This document shows, piece by piece, positions 1 through 12,900 of a stretch of DNA of 64,000 bases (within the stretch, counting starts at the first letter, position 1; each line of letters opens with the position of its first letter). The translations under genes were made by a program, and so were the position numbers. This DNA is from Octopus bimaculoides (Eukaryota), in assembly GCF_001194135.2 (NCBI RefSeq), contig NC_068994.1, positions 39,163,799 through 39,227,798 of the forward strand. The letters are read 5' to 3'. The notes beneath the pieces were generated by a model. That model did no database searches and was not told where the DNA came from. It saw only the letters and a list, made by a program, of their open reading frames with translations.

Positions 1-429
1 ATACAATGTGAAACAAAAGAACCTGCATATCCCTGGCAGCATGAATATTGCTCTATATTATTGGGGAACGCAATATTGTTGAAATGTGTCTAAATCATTA
101 TGATCTCCTGTCCCTGGCTAATGGCGGGAATGCACTTTAGTGCAAGCTCTATGTAAAAATATATCTGATTATAGATACATACATGCACAGACACATGCAC
201 ATATCCACACACAGGCTAACACTTCTTTCTGGGTAGTGATTGGCACCCCTTCCCACTACATACATGAATCTGTTATCTCAGCTCTCTGCTAATACATCTT
301 TCTTGTCCACCCTGTATTTCAGCTGCTGTCCTAAATGCTATGTCTGCTCTTAAGAAGGATCCAGTCTCTCCATTGCTCATGTCTCTCTTGCATGGATATC
401 AATGATAAAGACTTCCAATTGCTCAGAAG

Positions 430-1850
430 TCTCTCTCTACTCAAGACTTCTAAGTGTGTTTATAGTCAATACCGCTCTCCAAACTTTCACAGCCAATAGC
501 AGTTATTTGACCATCCTGCATTGAAAATATCAGTCTGCACACAATTCTGCCTGAAGTCATCCTTGTTAGTGATTTAAATGCACACAACTTCTTTTCTTCT
601 CCATTTCTCTCCACTCTTTTCACACCAGTGTTGATGGTGTGGAAGACAAATCATTTTCCACCTTGAACTGAACTGTCTGTACAACTTAGTCTCCTCATGT
701 ACCCGTAATTGAGGCCTAGCCACCAACTCATCATATACATTAACCCCTTTCTCTCCTCTAAACCCAATCCTTTTTTTTTTACCCTGCCAACACAGACTCT
801 TCTCTCATTAAGAAGATTATCTGATCACTGCCTAATCAAGGCAATCCCTTTCACACCATCTTATAATACATCAGCCCTGCCTCCAGTACATTTTGTCAAC
901 TAACAATCTTGTTGTAGACCTACCAGTGTCACTCTGACTTCCCTTGGCAGTAAATATGTGCTTCCCTTTGATGCAGACAAGACAACAGAGAGAGAGAGAG
1001 AGAGACAGACAGAGATATTATAATTATATATATAGAGAGCAAGACAGACAGACTAACGCAAACCTTCTCCTAGGTATAATCTCTAAGATCCATCATACAG
1101 CCAAAGCTCACAACTTCCCACAAGAGTAGTTCAAATGCCGAATCAATGCAGCTGCACAGAAAAGGAACTCTTCCTACAGCATCTGAAGAAATTCAACAAT
1201 AATCACTTACTAGGATGTCACCCACATCGAAAAACAGATATGACAACCAATGTTCCACCAAAGCTTTAGTTGTGAGCATGTGTAGAAATTTGCTTTTGGT
1301 GCAAATTTTGCTTCCTTTTTTTTTTTCGTATAGCATGTGCTTATCCATGTGAGCAGCCATTGCTTAAATACTATATTGACTGTTTAAGCAAATACAAACC
1401 ATATTTTAAGTGTTTTACTGAAGATTTTATTATTAACTTACAATGATTAATTTCTTAATTAAAAGTATTCAATTTCACCTTCAAGTACATGGAATACAAG
1501 GAACATTGACAATGGCTATTTTCACCAAATTCTTCTTGCTTCTTCTCACTTTACAGCTATTTACCCCCAATTTATGGAAACATGACAATATGTCCTATCT
1601 ATAAGGACAACCAACTTCTCTGATTTTGACAACTACTGATATATCATGATATTTTCTGTCATACCAAAAGGTGATGGAAACAGTTGTCAACAAACTTCTT
1701 TATCACTTTGAATGTTTTTTTCTCTCTCACTAACCACCAAAACGGTTCTTCCCAGTGCTACAGCCTTCTAGGAATCCCCTCCCTGCCTACAAGTATCGAC
1801 TGCAGAAGTTCGTGGTGAATATCAATCACATTAATGCATTCACCTCACCA
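430..1850 (+). mobile_element. Highly decayed CR1/L2-group LINE remnant (APE endonuclease motifs, then probable 3' end)
   Basis: Degenerate endonuclease motifs occur in the expected order: YRSPN (~470), ILVSDLNAHN (~560-590, cf. GDFNAH), FLSSKP and LSDHCLI (~820-835). A weak LWNSLP/FK-like 3' segment lies at ~1760-1830. Confidence 0.55.
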
Positions 1851-2051
1851 ATCTGAGTAAGCCTACAATGATTCCACCGTTTATTTATGGACAGCATAAA
1901 TAAATAAAAATAAAAACAAAAATATAAACACATTCACATAGAAATATAAACATCATACATACATACATGCATTCATTTATGAATATACACATACACAATC
2001 AAGTGTGTGTGTGTGCACATGTGCAGCTGCATATATGCATATATATATATA

Positions 2052-2244
2052 TAGAAGGTTCATTGTTATGGCTGGTCAGAGAGTGACCACTGATTTTGTA
2101 CCTATAAGGCACTTAGTTGTATAGCTGACACATCAGACTCAGATGGCTGGAGGCACATGACAAGTTACCCATACAGCTAAGTACCTTACAGCTACAAAAT
2201 CAATGGTCACTTTCTGACCAGCCATAACAAACAACAACCTTCTA
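2052..2244. mobile_element. TA-flanked MITE with ~70-bp imperfect terminal inverted repeats (Tc1/mariner-type)
   Basis: TAGAAGGTT..TGTTATGGCTGGTCAGAGAGTGACCACTGATTTTGTA is mirrored by TACAAAATCAATGGTCACTTTCTGACCAGCCATAACA..AACCTTCTA. Confidence 0.8.
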
Positions 2245-2570
2245 AATATACTATTGTGCTAATGCTTTAGAGTGTCCTTCTTGCTTGGATATATGAACTA
2301 CTGAGTGTGTGTATGTGTGTGTGAAGTCTTAAGAAGCAGCATTGAATAGAATATTCAATGTCTGTATATGTTTCTGTGTGTGTGTGTATGTATAGTATAT
2401 CACAAAGACAAACAGTAGAAGCACTCAACAGATGAGCTGCAGATACATTAGTAGCAATAAACAATAGAAATGTTTACTAGCTTATTAGTATTTAAGGTTT
2501 TGGTAACTTGTTAGTAATGAATTCTTACCACTTGCAATCTGGTATTATACTATATATATATTATCTTAGT

Positions 2571-2621
<51 letters not shown>

Positions 2622-2902
2622 TGAGTTTGCCATTCTCTTGTTTGAATGTATGTATATATGTATGTATTCAGAAAATTAGAATATGAAAGTATATTAAGGG
2701 GAAAAATTGTCAAAAGCTCCGAACTTATACCTAAGAGATGCAACAGTAGTGCCTTGTCTCAGTCTGTGAACAATCTCAATAATTTTTACAATGATTTCAG
2801 ATGTGTAAGAATGCAAATATTGCATTCTTATGATTCCAAAATTTTACAATAATATTGTCTGAATGCATTTCATTAATACAACTTAGTTCAATACCTTTAT
2901 AT

Positions 2903-3154
2903 CAGTGGTTCGCAACCATTTTTCCCTATGGACCCCTTTGATTCCAATTTTACTCAGGTGGGCCTTCTTAGCTATTTGCTGATTAAAAAAGTTCTAGTAT
3001 ATTTTATAATTAAATATTATTAGGAACCATATAAAAATGTGTTGAAATATTTTGTGTATTGTAGAAGTATATCCAATTTATTGTACATGAATTTTAACAG
3101 CAAAATCTACTGTAGACCTCCAGGGACCATATGGACCCCAGCTGAGGACCACTG
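2903..3154. mobile_element. hAT-superfamily MITE
   Basis: The termini are CAGTGGTTCGCAAC and GCTGAGGACCACTG, with an exact 8-bp TSD CTTTATAT at 2895-2902 and 3155-3162. Confidence 0.88.
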
Positions 3155-3329
3155 CTTTATATAGTTGTGTTGTTTTTTTTTTTTATAAATATATAATCAT
3201 TTTATAAAAACTGCTGGTATTGCAGTCATGGACAAGGCTTCTGATGACACAGTTGTCCAAAAGTTTATCATTCACATTCTTTACAAAGAATGGAAGACAG
3301 AAAACTATTTGTTGAAAGCATCTCTTTAG

Positions 3330-3725
3330 AGCTTCAACTGGATAAACAGTGTGTGGAAGAAAGAAGTATACCAGTGAAGGAGACAACCACAGCTCTGAAA
3401 GAACCATGAAGAAAGCTGGTTTGACAATGTGGAAGAGACCCATGAAAAATAGACAAAGACACAAGTTAGTGCATCAAAGGCCACCACACATATGGATTTT
3501 AAAAAAAACAGAGGCACAGCAGTTGAGTACCCAAACTTAGGCATCTTCTTATCAACAACTAGAGTCACAAATAGTTGATATGGACCAAGGAGAATTAGAA
3601 GCTGAATGTTGAGCAATTGTCTAAAGTGTTCTTTTCAGATGAGAGCAAATTTTGAATCTCCTTTGGAAAGCAAAGTGGTGGAGTTTAGAGAGGAACTAGA
3701 GATGCACAAAACCCAGCTCTCTTAA
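3330..3725 (+). mobile_element. Decayed Tc1 transposase fragment
   Basis: Bases ~3623-3713 translate as KVFFSDESKF*ISFGKQSGGV*RGTRDAQNP, the Tc1 first-Asp (FSDESKF) motif with stops. The 5' boundary is approximate. Confidence 0.75.
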
Positions 3726-4192
3726 ATTTCATTAATCATTCTCTTCATAATAGATTGTGAACATTTTAAACTATTATATAGCATATTTTAAACTGTTACA
3801 TAATTTGACCATCAATTTGGGGAGGAAAAGTTATAAACAAAAACTAATTTTTGTTTAGATTTATGATTCAGCCTGTATTTATGAACACCTATCCAAACAA
3901 AATTACAAACATGCATAACACAAATACATATACACACAAATGCTCACACACAAATATGCATACACACACACACACACACATCTATATCCATATCCACATA
4001 CAATTCAGTTATACTTCAACTCATTTCAAATATATAAAAATAAATTATTTTTTCAGCTTCAGTTTTAACTAGTTAGTTTAAGTAAATTTGATACCTTTTT
4101 TGTTGAGTTCATGCAGTGCTTGAAAGTAATGTTTTAGAGGACCTTAGCTATGAAAAAAATCAGAGCCATAAAATATTAATCCTATATGTAAA

Positions 4193-4229
<37 letters not shown>

Positions 4230-5214
4230 GCATGTTTGTGTGCATACGTATTTACGGTGTTCCTATGTAAGTGTCATATCACATCTCATATTTTATTTAG
4301 TTAATTAGAATATCATCAAAGATGCAGTTAAGGATTCCTCATCCATACATTGTATTTGGAAAGTAACTAAGAGCATTGAATCATGTAACAACGGTGTGTC
4401 ATACAATTTTCAGTCCCTTTTGTATAGTTATCTATACATTTTCTTCTTGGAATCAAAGGTTCATACTTCTCCTCACTCCCACATACAGGCATGCATGCAC
4501 ACTCAACTGGAGAAAAATTTCCAGATTTATAATTCAATCATTATTTAAATATTCCATAAAATATCTACTTCTTTCATCTCCACAAATAAGTGGAAGTTTA
4601 ATCTCCATTCAAGTATAATAAATAATTTACCTAACTTGAGTAGCATCTGCCTTCTGTAAATTTATCAAGTATAAAAATTGTGATGGAGGATAAACAAAAT
4701 ATATTAAGTTTAACTGTAAACAGCTGAACTTATTACCAATGCAAACGAGACCATGAATCAGTCTCACAATAATTCATATATTGTTTAATGATAATGTAAT
4801 TAAATTTTAGTAGATGCTCAATTCCAGTCTGGCTCCTAGTATTTTTCTTTCAATTTAGAAATGTAATGAATTGGCTCACCAACAGGAAGCAGAATAGTGT
4901 AATACTTTGGACAGTACCCTCTGGTGAAGACTACTGCTCATAAGACTTAGACAAGGCAAATCAGCTTGTTTCAGTTTTGGGTTGTTTATAAACATTAATT
5001 CCTCATGTGCATCAGTAGATTATTATTGTTTTCTTTTTCAGTATCTTAATGATTACTTTATTTAACTTTAATCCTCACTGATCACGTACCTTTTTGGAGG
5101 GATGACGTAATCCATTTCCCTTCACATGCATACATACATGTACATCTATTCATGCATACCATATATGTATATCAATATTATTAATATATATGTGAGTTTT
5201 GGATATATGTATAG

Positions 5215-5256
<42 letters not shown>

Positions 5257-5280
5257 GTGTATATACATATATATATATGC

Positions 5281-5470
5281 GGGTGACACGTAAAAGCACC
5301 CACTACACTCTCTGAGTGGTTGGCGTTAGGAAGGGCATCCAGCTGTAGAAACTCTGCCAAATTAGATTGGAGCCTGGTGTTGCCATCCGGTTTCACCAGT
5401 CCTCAGTCAAATCGTCCAACCCATGCTAGCATGGAAAGCGGACGTTAAACGACGACGATGATGATGATGA

Positions 5471-5474
<4 letters not shown>
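5281..5474 (+). mobile_element. 3' tail of the RTE-like family carrying a V-domain-like motif and ending in (GAT)n; embedded in (TG)n/(TA)n
   Basis: GGTTGGCGTTAGGAAGGGCATCCAGCTGTAGAAAC...GGAAAGCGGACGTTAAACGACGACGATGATG. It is the reverse complement of the copies at 17 kb, 58 kb and 61 kb. Confidence 0.85.
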
Positions 5475-5535
<61 letters not shown>

Positions 5536-7212
5536 CACATATACATATTTATATACATATATATATATATATAAATGTTTGTTTTTATGTTCAATTATAA
5601 TGAAAACCATTCTACATTAATCTGATGGGTTACTCTATACTTTTGTGGAGTACAATTTATTATTCTTATAAACTTCAAAGTCACATTTGAGAACATTCTT
5701 GTATAAGAATAATGTGTGTGTATGTGTGCATTAGTTGTACATTAAGGGAGAAATATGAACAGTATAAATAGTATTCAAATTACTTAGTTTAAAAATAAAA
5801 GCTGAAATTAGAATTATAGTAAGGAACAGAAATTCAGTTATGATTGTGTTTATGGATATATTGATTAAGTTTCTGCTTAGAAGATAGGATTGGAATTAGA
5901 TTAGATTCCAAGTTTTGGGTATTGGAATTTGTAATATCTAAAGAACTATTTAGTCGCAGTAGAAAATTTAATTCTGGTTTATATTTAAAAATTTAAGTTT
6001 GAGAAAAGTGCTTCCAGGTTAACTACAAACATTTTGGAATGAAATCATTACATATTATATCTGACATTTATTTAATTTTACACAAAGTAATTTAAATACA
6101 AGCAATAATTCCTATAGTTATTGTGAATCAAATCTAATTTTCTATCAAAACTAGTGTTTTTTACTTTGTTTATTTTGTCTTTATACATGATTACTTGGTT
6201 CCTATTACCTTACAAAATGTATCTACCAGATATAAATGAAAATGCACTACAATATATTGTTTGGAAATATGTATGGATGATATGGTATGACACATAAACA
6301 AATATATGCATGATATATTCATTCTTGCTTATATATGTGCATGTACATGTTTGTGTATATGGAAGGAGAGAGAGAGAGAGCGAGATCGAAAAAGATTCCT
6401 TAGTTTTTGAGTTATGCATTTCTAACATTAGATATTACTTTGAGCTATTATCATCATCATCACCAGTAGTAGTAGTAGTGATGGTGGTAGTGGTAGTGGT
6501 GGTGGTGAAATCTAAGTAATAAAAAATCATTATAACAGTTTTTTAATTTTCTTCCTTTTTCCCTTGGAAGAATTTCATCACTCATTGAACAATTGCAAAT
6601 TTACATAGCCCGCCACTCATTTCAAAAGCTCGCACAAATACATACACACACAAGAGCTCACATACAAATACATAATAACTACACATATATGTAAGCAAAA
6701 ATAAACAAAAACTACAAATATTGAATCCATTTTCATAAACATTAACAAGAACACAAAAATTATTTGTGATTATTTTTTTCTGTAACTTCCAGAATATATA
6801 GCAATTTAATTTCAGTGAGATGGGAGTCTGTTACTATTTGGAATGATGCCCTGTATTAAGTTGATAATGTCTTATACTTCATTGAACTGACATTATTCCT
6901 AGAAATCAATTACATTGTTCCTTATATCAAGAATTGAAAGCATAAGCAACTGCAACATGAAACAAATGAAGTTTTCTTAAATAAATGTTGAAGGTCAATA
7001 AATTTGAAATATTTTCATTGAATTTCCTTTGAATCCTTATTGTTCTACACAAAAAAAAGAAAAAAAAACTGAAGAGGTAAACACAACCTGAAATGGAATT
7101 GCCTAATATATATTTGTGTGTGTGTGTGCACATGCATACGTACATACATACTTACATGCATGCATACATACACATACATACACATACATACATATGTGTA
7201 TATGATACATAT

Positions 7213-7249
<37 letters not shown>

Positions 7250-7899
7250 NNNNNNNNNNNNNNNNNNNNNNNNNNNNNNNNNNNNNNNNNNNNNNNNNNN
7301 NNNNNNNNNNNNNNNNNNNNNNNNNNNNNNNNNNNNNNNNNNNNNNNNNNNNNNNNNNNNNNNNNNNNNNNNNNNNNNNNNNNNNNNNNNNNNNNNNNNN
7401 NNNNNNNNNNNNNNNNNNNNNNNNNNNNNNNNNNNNNNNNNNNNNNNNNNNNNNNNNNNNNNNNNNNNNNNNNNNNNNNNNNNNNNNNNNNNNNNNNNNN
7501 NNNNNNNNNNNNNNNNNNNNNNNNNNNNNNNNNNNNNNNNNNNNNNNNNNNNNNNNNNNNNNNNNNNNNNNNNNNNNNNNNNNNNNNNNNNNNNNNNNNN
7601 NNNNNNNNNNNNNNNNNNNNNNNNNNNNNNNNNNNNNNNNNNNNNNNNNNNNNNNNNNNNNNNNNNNNNNNNNNNNNNNNNNNNNNNNNNNNNNNNNNNN
7701 NNGATCATGTCTTTCATAAGGGCATTAGCAGCAACAGTGAAACAAAAATCAAAATTTTTCTTAAAATATCTGCAGGGTTGGGTTAACTGATTTCAGACAA
7801 AAGAATGTTTTGAATTGATTTCTTGAGGTAATTAACGAAAATTAAAGTGTGTGTACATGTGTGTATGTGTGTGTGTGTGAGTGTAAGTGTGTGTGTGTG

Positions 7900-7941
<42 letters not shown>

Positions 7942-8531
7942 AGACATATATATGCAGAGATAAGTAGACAGATAGATATAACTATAAATGCAAATACATA
8001 TGTGTTTTTTGCTGGGTGTGTATGTTTGAATATGTATGTATATGTGTGTTGCAGATTACATTAATGTATACCTCAGTTATACATCTGTGATTTGTGGAGT
8101 GTAGCTGAGAAAGTGTTTACATTCTAATACGTTTTCACATAAAAATAAAAACAACAAAACAGAAATTCACCTTAATTGCATGGGGAATGGAGAAGATAAA
8201 CTAATTCAAAGTCATAAATCTTTTCATTTTTTTTTTCTCTTTACCATAAAAACAGATAAAAATCTGTCTGGCTTGAATTAAACCCAGCCTCAGTTTGAAT
8301 TAAAAAATAAAATTCCAGTTTTCAACACAATGATGGTATTAAGTAAGAATAATTTCTGAGACAGCTTTGTCGTCAGATTGTGACAAATAAATACATAAAT
8401 AGGTAAATAAATAAAACAAAATGTAATATAATTAGAATAAAAGGAATATTTGAATCTTAGATCATAAGATCAATTATTTAATTATTTCTACAAAGATTGA
8501 AAAAAGTTTTGTGTGTGTGTGTATGTACGTG

Positions 8532-8578
<47 letters not shown>

Positions 8579-9218
8579 ATGCGTGCGTGCGTGAGTGAGT
8601 GCGTGTGTGTGTAAATATACAAGAAGAAAACAAATTTGATTTTTCTGATTCTTTGAAATTTTATCATCTTTTTCTTCTTCCTATTTTTTTTACTATTTTT
8701 ACTTTACTTTCAAACGTCTATTTTTCAGAATCTTTTCTTCATTTGTTTTATCTGCCACATGATAATTAAATATATATAGGAAACAATAAAATGCTTCTGA
8801 AGTTTTATGAATTTGTTATCAATGTATGTGAGATTTTTAAAAAATGAATTGAAAACTTGCCTAAAATAATTTGATAAATGTCACATATAGATAATTGTTT
8901 AGAGGTCATCAGTAGATAAAAAAAAGAGATGTACAGAGAGAGAGAGAAAGGCAGACAGGGGGAAAGAGGGAGACACAGAAACAGTGACAGATAGAGACAC
9001 AAAGAATGAGAGAGTGAGAAAAGCAATACAAAATGTATATTCTTCAGCCAATAGGAGTTCCTTTGCTATAAAATATGGAAACAAATGCTCTAGGATAACA
9101 TTGGCAAAACATTTTAGAACACAAATTAATAATATATATAATACTACATCAAAATAGATGAGCTCATATCTATAAATATATATATATATATTATATTATA
9201 TATATATTATATTATATA

Positions 9219-9259
<41 letters not shown>

Positions 9260-9302
9260 ATATATATATACACACACACACACATACACATATATATATA
9301 TA

Positions 9303-9355
<53 letters not shown>

Positions 9356-10702
9356 GTACATAAGCACATAAAGATATACACATATAAACATAACTATATG
9401 TGTGTAAGTGTGTATATGTACACATATATGCATACAAATCCTAACATTACCTAGATTTATAATTCTGCATTCATTACATTTATGGTCGTTTGTGTGCATG
9501 TGGGTATGTGTATGTTTATGTATGTTTATATATATGTGTGTATATGCTCACTTAATTGGTCATACATATACATAGATATACGAATATACATTTCATCTAC
9601 ATATGTTTATTTCTTTATATATAATGATTTATTCATACTTTCTTTCTGTATATAGTGATACTTGGAGAAGGCTAAAAAAAAAAAAGAAATAGATAGCTAG
9701 ATAGATAGATAGATAGATAGAGAGAGAGACAGATAGAGAAGGAAAAAGTAAATGAGAGTGACAGAGTGGGTTGTCTGGTTAAAAGCAGGAAGTGAAGTTA
9801 TATGTATACATATAATATCTAATGAATAAATGAAGATATACTACATTGAAAACGATTCTTTGTTTCATGAATAAAAGTCAATGATTTGGTTTTGATTTTT
9901 AAAAAAATATAAAACAGCTTTAGTATAAATATAAATAAATGTACATAGAACAACCTTTGTTTGGGATAAACAGCAGTGTATATGAAAAACAGCAGTACAT
10001 AACTCTTTGCTGAAATGAATTTGAATTATTAATAAATCTGTATTAAAGACATATCTTCAACAGTTGCATTTTTTAATGATATCAAAACAATATAGCAAAT
10101 TATCTCAAGCTAAAAATGATATCATTTTATGATTTCACAATTATCATGGATTACTACATAACAACAATGGAAAATGATTTTATATATNNNNNNNNNNNNN
10201 NNNNNNNNNNNNNNNNNNNNNNNNNNNNNNNNNNNNNNNNNNNNNNNNNNNNNNNNNNNNNNNNNNNNNNNNNNNNNNNNNNNNNNNNNNNNNNNNNNNN
10301 NNNNNNNNNNNNNNNNNNNNNNNNNNNNNNNNNNNNNNNNNNNNNNNNNNNNNNNNNNNNNNNNNNNNNNNNNNNNNNNNNNNNNNNNNNNNNNNNNNNN
10401 NNNNNNNNNNNNNNNNNNNNNNNNNNNNNNNNNNNNNNNNNNNNNNNNNNNNNNNNNNNNNNNATATATATAGTCAAAACGAAAAAAAAACAAAAACAAA
10501 ACAAAACAAACAACGTTTATAAAGATATAATTTTTTCAGTTTTTGTACGACATCTTGTCACCTGGGAGAAAGGCCCATTATATTTTATGAGGGTGGGGCT
10601 TTTTATACACACTGAATAGAATGAATTTTAAAGATCCCAAGAAGAAAGTAACATTTGTCTGTGTATGAGTGTATCTATGTGTACATACATACACACATAC
10701 AT

Positions 10703-10739
<37 letters not shown>

Positions 10740-11774
10740 TACATATACATATATATTTTTATTTATATATTTTTATATATATACACATATATGTCTATAT
10801 ATATATGTATGTATGTATGTATGTATATATATATGTCAGTGTGTGAGAGAAAGGGAGAGAGAGAGAGAGAGAGAGTGAGAAATATAAATACATCTTTTGT
10901 ATGTGTATATATATATATATATATACACCTATGTATGCATTTATGCATATTCTGATACATATATTTAGATATATATTTATATATTCATATATTCATATAC
11001 ATACAAACATATATACACACATACATGAAATATATACCCAAACATGTGCATACACACACAAAACACACACACACAGCACATGCAACACATGCATATGCAC
11101 ACATATACATATATATGCATACATGTATACATTTATACTTACTTACATATATACATACACCTTTTTTTTGAACAAAATGAGTCCCTTAATATAATATTTG
11201 GAATCTTTCATTATATATTTTTTTTAATGATTTTTTTTTAAGTGTTTAGTTATTTTAATGAAGTGGTAAAATTTGATACAATTTATGGCATTATGAATAA
11301 TTTAAATAAATTGGAATAGTTTTGAGAGCTAGTAAAAATATCTTTTTTTTTCCTTTTTTTTTCCTCAGTTATCTGTGAATACCGTATTTGGTCAACTGTT
11401 GGGTTGCTAATATCGCATTTGTTTTATGAGAATTTCCGTGATATGTAACTTAACATTTATTGACTTCTTTAATAAACATTTCAAAATTGTTTGATATATT
11501 AGAGTTCCACAGCCAAGTGGGGGGGTTTTGTATATTAATTTTTTTTTTCATTCTTTCTCACATAGAACAGAAAATGGTCTTGAGCAAAGAATTTGACAAT
11601 TCTTCATAATCAGGAGTTCCAGGAGTTAAGCAGAACATATGGAATGGTTACAATAAATTGCATCTGTTATTCAACTTGTGACACTTCTGGAATTGATGTT
11701 TCTGTCAGGAATTGGTAGAGAGTTTTGTTACTATTTATTGGTGCCGTCAGTTATTTTTTGTAATGATGTCTTAC

Positions 11775-11813
11775 CTGTACTTGAGTGTAAAGTGGGCTCG
11801 TAGGAGGCTGAAC
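11775..11813 (-). CDS. Candidate 39-nt micro-exon (VQPPTSPLYTQVQ in phase 0; alternative phase-1 reading GSASYEPTLHSST)
   Basis: The minus strand reads cttgttttattttccag|GTTCAGCCTCCTACGAGCCCACTTTACACTCAAGTACAG|gtaagacat. It has a strong acceptor and donor, a length divisible by 3, no stop in any frame and 20/39 GC in an AT-rich background. Confidence 0.45.
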
Positions 11814-12143
11814 CTGGAAAATAAAACAAGAAAATATCAACATCATTGTTAATATTCTTATTACAGTTAATCCAAGGTAGTTGAACAGTAAATACTAACT
11901 CACATCACAAAATGACTGAAAAAAAGAAGTATTTGACACTTTTGGTACCAGCTTAGGTAATCCTTAGTTCTGTGATACAAGATTGCTCATTTTAAACTGA
12001 TCAGATTTAAAACCTGGTATAATTTTATGTAAGTATTTTACATTAAGTTTATGATGAAAGTAAACAAACAAAGTTTGTTCTTTTTTTTTTTTAGAAGCGT
12101 TGAGATGTATTGTAAGATACAGAAATAAATTTATTTCTCAAAC

Positions 12144-12415
12144 GCGTGATAATGCTATAAATAGCGAGATCAGGATAAATTATCCATTTATTGCAGAAAA
12201 ATACGTTACTGGCCAGCCATGAGACTCGAACTCACATCTGTGATTACGCGTCAAGTGTTTTACCATTAAACTAAACTGCCCAGCAACGAATTCTTCTGCA
12301 ATTTTAGAACTTATAAATTTAGCTTCGTAAGACGCTAACGTTCTGGCCAGTAACGTATTTTTCTGCAATAAATGGATAATTTATCCTGATCTCGCTATTT
12401 ATAGCCTTATCACGC
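12144..12415. mobile_element. Element with 73-bp near-perfect inverted arms enclosing a tRNA-like sequence
   Basis: Arm L (12144-12216) and arm R (12343-12415) are reverse complements with 1 mismatch. No TSD is seen. Confidence 0.75.
12212..12280 (-). pseudogene. tRNA-like sequence (degenerate cloverleaf, CGT in the anticodon position)
   Basis: GGCAGTT TA GTTT AATGGTA AAAC A CTTGA CGCGTAA TCACA GAT GTGAG TTCGAGT CTCAT GGCTGGC. The D and T arms pair, the acceptor pairs 6/7 (two G-T) and A/B boxes are present. The anticodon stem pairs only 3/5 and U33 is missing, so it is not a functional tRNA. Confidence 0.6.
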
Positions 12416-12513
12416 AATTAAGTTTATACTCCAAGCACCAGTTTAATAATGGAAGATAATCATCTGCCTAAATTTCTCCAAGTTTTTAATTATTTTCAAA
12501 ATTAATTGAAATA

Positions 12514-12900
12514 CAGGCATGATAATGACTGCGTAAGAAGCTCGCTTTGCAGCCATGTGGTTTTGAGTTCAGTTCTTCTGTGCAGCATATCAGGCTTCTG
12601 CTATACCCGAGGTCAATCAATGCTTTGTGAGTGAAATTCTTTGATAGAAATTTTGTGGGAGCCCATTATAGACGTGTGTGTGTGTTTCCTTGCATTTGTG
12701 ACTACCCCACCCACGCTAACTTGACAGCTGATGTTGGTTTGTTTAGATCCCCATAACATAGCAGTTTTGGCAAAAGAGACTAATAGAATAGGTATCAGAC
12801 TGAAAAAAAGTAAGTGCTGGGGTCGAGTTGATTGACTAAACCCTTCATGGTGGTACCACAGGCTTACACATGGTCACAGTCTAATGAGTGAAATGAAATA
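12514..12900 (+). mobile_element. tRNA-derived CORE-type SINE, older copy
   Basis: Diverged match to the 21197-21608 copy: head, internal (TG)n and the GCAAAAGAGAC..GATAGAATA tail. Confidence 0.75.

Noticed and set aside
20-150. GC-richer patch at the window start as a possible minus-strand exon
   Set aside because: Stops occur in all three frames from the best acceptor.
4630-10610. Other minus-strand mini-exon look-alikes (~4631-4653, ~4870-4935, ~5090-5125, ~8171-8200, ~10561-10610)
   Set aside because: Each has a weak acceptor or donor, a non-triplet length or no supporting composition shift. They are worth revisiting only if RNA-seq confirms the 11775-11813 exon.
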